Below are positions 63,603 through 64,000 of a stretch of 64,000 nucleotides of DNA, piece after piece. Origin of the DNA: a virus; IMG/VR virus record IMGVR_UViG_3300020442_000011, positions 32,001-96,000 of that record; one strand, given 5' to 3'. A model generated the notes under the pieces. It ran no database searches and was not told where the DNA came from. It saw nothing but the letters and a program-made list of their open reading frames with translations. Position numbers and translations under genes: made by a program. Position 1 is the first letter of the stretch. Each line of letters begins with the position of its first letter.

Positions 63603-64000
63603 ATGCGTTATTTTAAGTTTACCCATGATGCTCATGAGCTTAACAGTAGCATCCTATTTTCGTTGATGATCCAGGGTCAGCCAAATGGCCTTAACGATCT
63701 CAATGAACCATATCACCTCCAGCTGAACAATACGGTGTACACCATCATCCCGATGGATAATCCGATGTCTAAACGACATTCCTTCACGCAGTTCGGTCCC
63801 TATGTTGATGCCCACTATCATGATGGTAGTTTGATCGATCAAGAGGACATCAATAACGATGTCCTGGCCGCATTAACATTGCTGACAGGGAGGTGCAACT
63901 GGGTGGTGAATGGTGAGTTATGGAAACTACGCAGTCGCCGAGATGAATTCTTCAATGTGATGAGCGAAGTGAATACCGTGTTGACTTTCATTTCAGCTGT
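63603..64000 (+). CDS. paralog 2 of the preceding gene, truncated by the window end
   Basis: open from ATG 63603 to the end (MRYFKFTH...EPY...YTIIP...DVLAALTLLTG...VVNGELW); absent from the ORF track. Confidence 0.75.
   Translation, partial: MRYFKFTHDAHELNSSILFSLMIQGQPNGLNDLNEPYHLQLNNTVYTIIPMDNPMSKRHSFTQFGPYVDAHYHDGSLIDQEDINNDVLAALTLLTGRCNWVVNGELWKLRSRRDEFFNVMSEVNTVLTFISA

Noticed and set aside
1-64000. tRNA, rRNA, CRISPR arrays, transposases, integrases
   Set aside because: None recognised by eye; intergenic gaps are short and explained by promoters and hairpins. A tRNAscan/Infernal run would be needed to exclude them formally.

Overview
This window is the conserved core of a phiKZ-like, nucleus-forming jumbo phage (Chimalliviridae-type). 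The assignment rests on protein motifs plus gene order recalled from phiKZ; gp numbers are synteny-based, with no database search. In order it carries: PhuZ tubulin, an array of small genes, the palm half of a split family-B DNA polymerase, chimallin (ChmA), and a non-virion RNAP (nvRNAP) beta' subunit whose catalytic NADFDGD motif is split by a 390-nt group I intron with no homing endonuclease. Next come an SbcD/Mre11 nuclease, the ChmC-gp68-PicA-gp70 block, two more nvRNAP subunits, an SF2 helicase, a virion RNAP subunit, the exonuclease half of the polymerase, and head/inner-body and baseplate-like genes. The window ends in early accessory genes. Signals the ORF track misses: (1) a likely lambda G/GT-type -1 programmed frameshift (T TTT TTT at 33675-33669, minus strand) fusing two ORFs; (2) an uncalled 126-codon frame directly behind the polymerase amber stop; (3) two promoter classes, including a bipartite TAC-N11-AT-N2-TRTR motif; (4) terminator-like hairpins flanked by CATA/TATG; (5) a candidate ~100-nt anti-SD small RNA; (6) two early leaders with a shared, covarying fold; (7) a probable array of divergent structural paralogs. 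No tRNA, rRNA or CRISPR array was seen.
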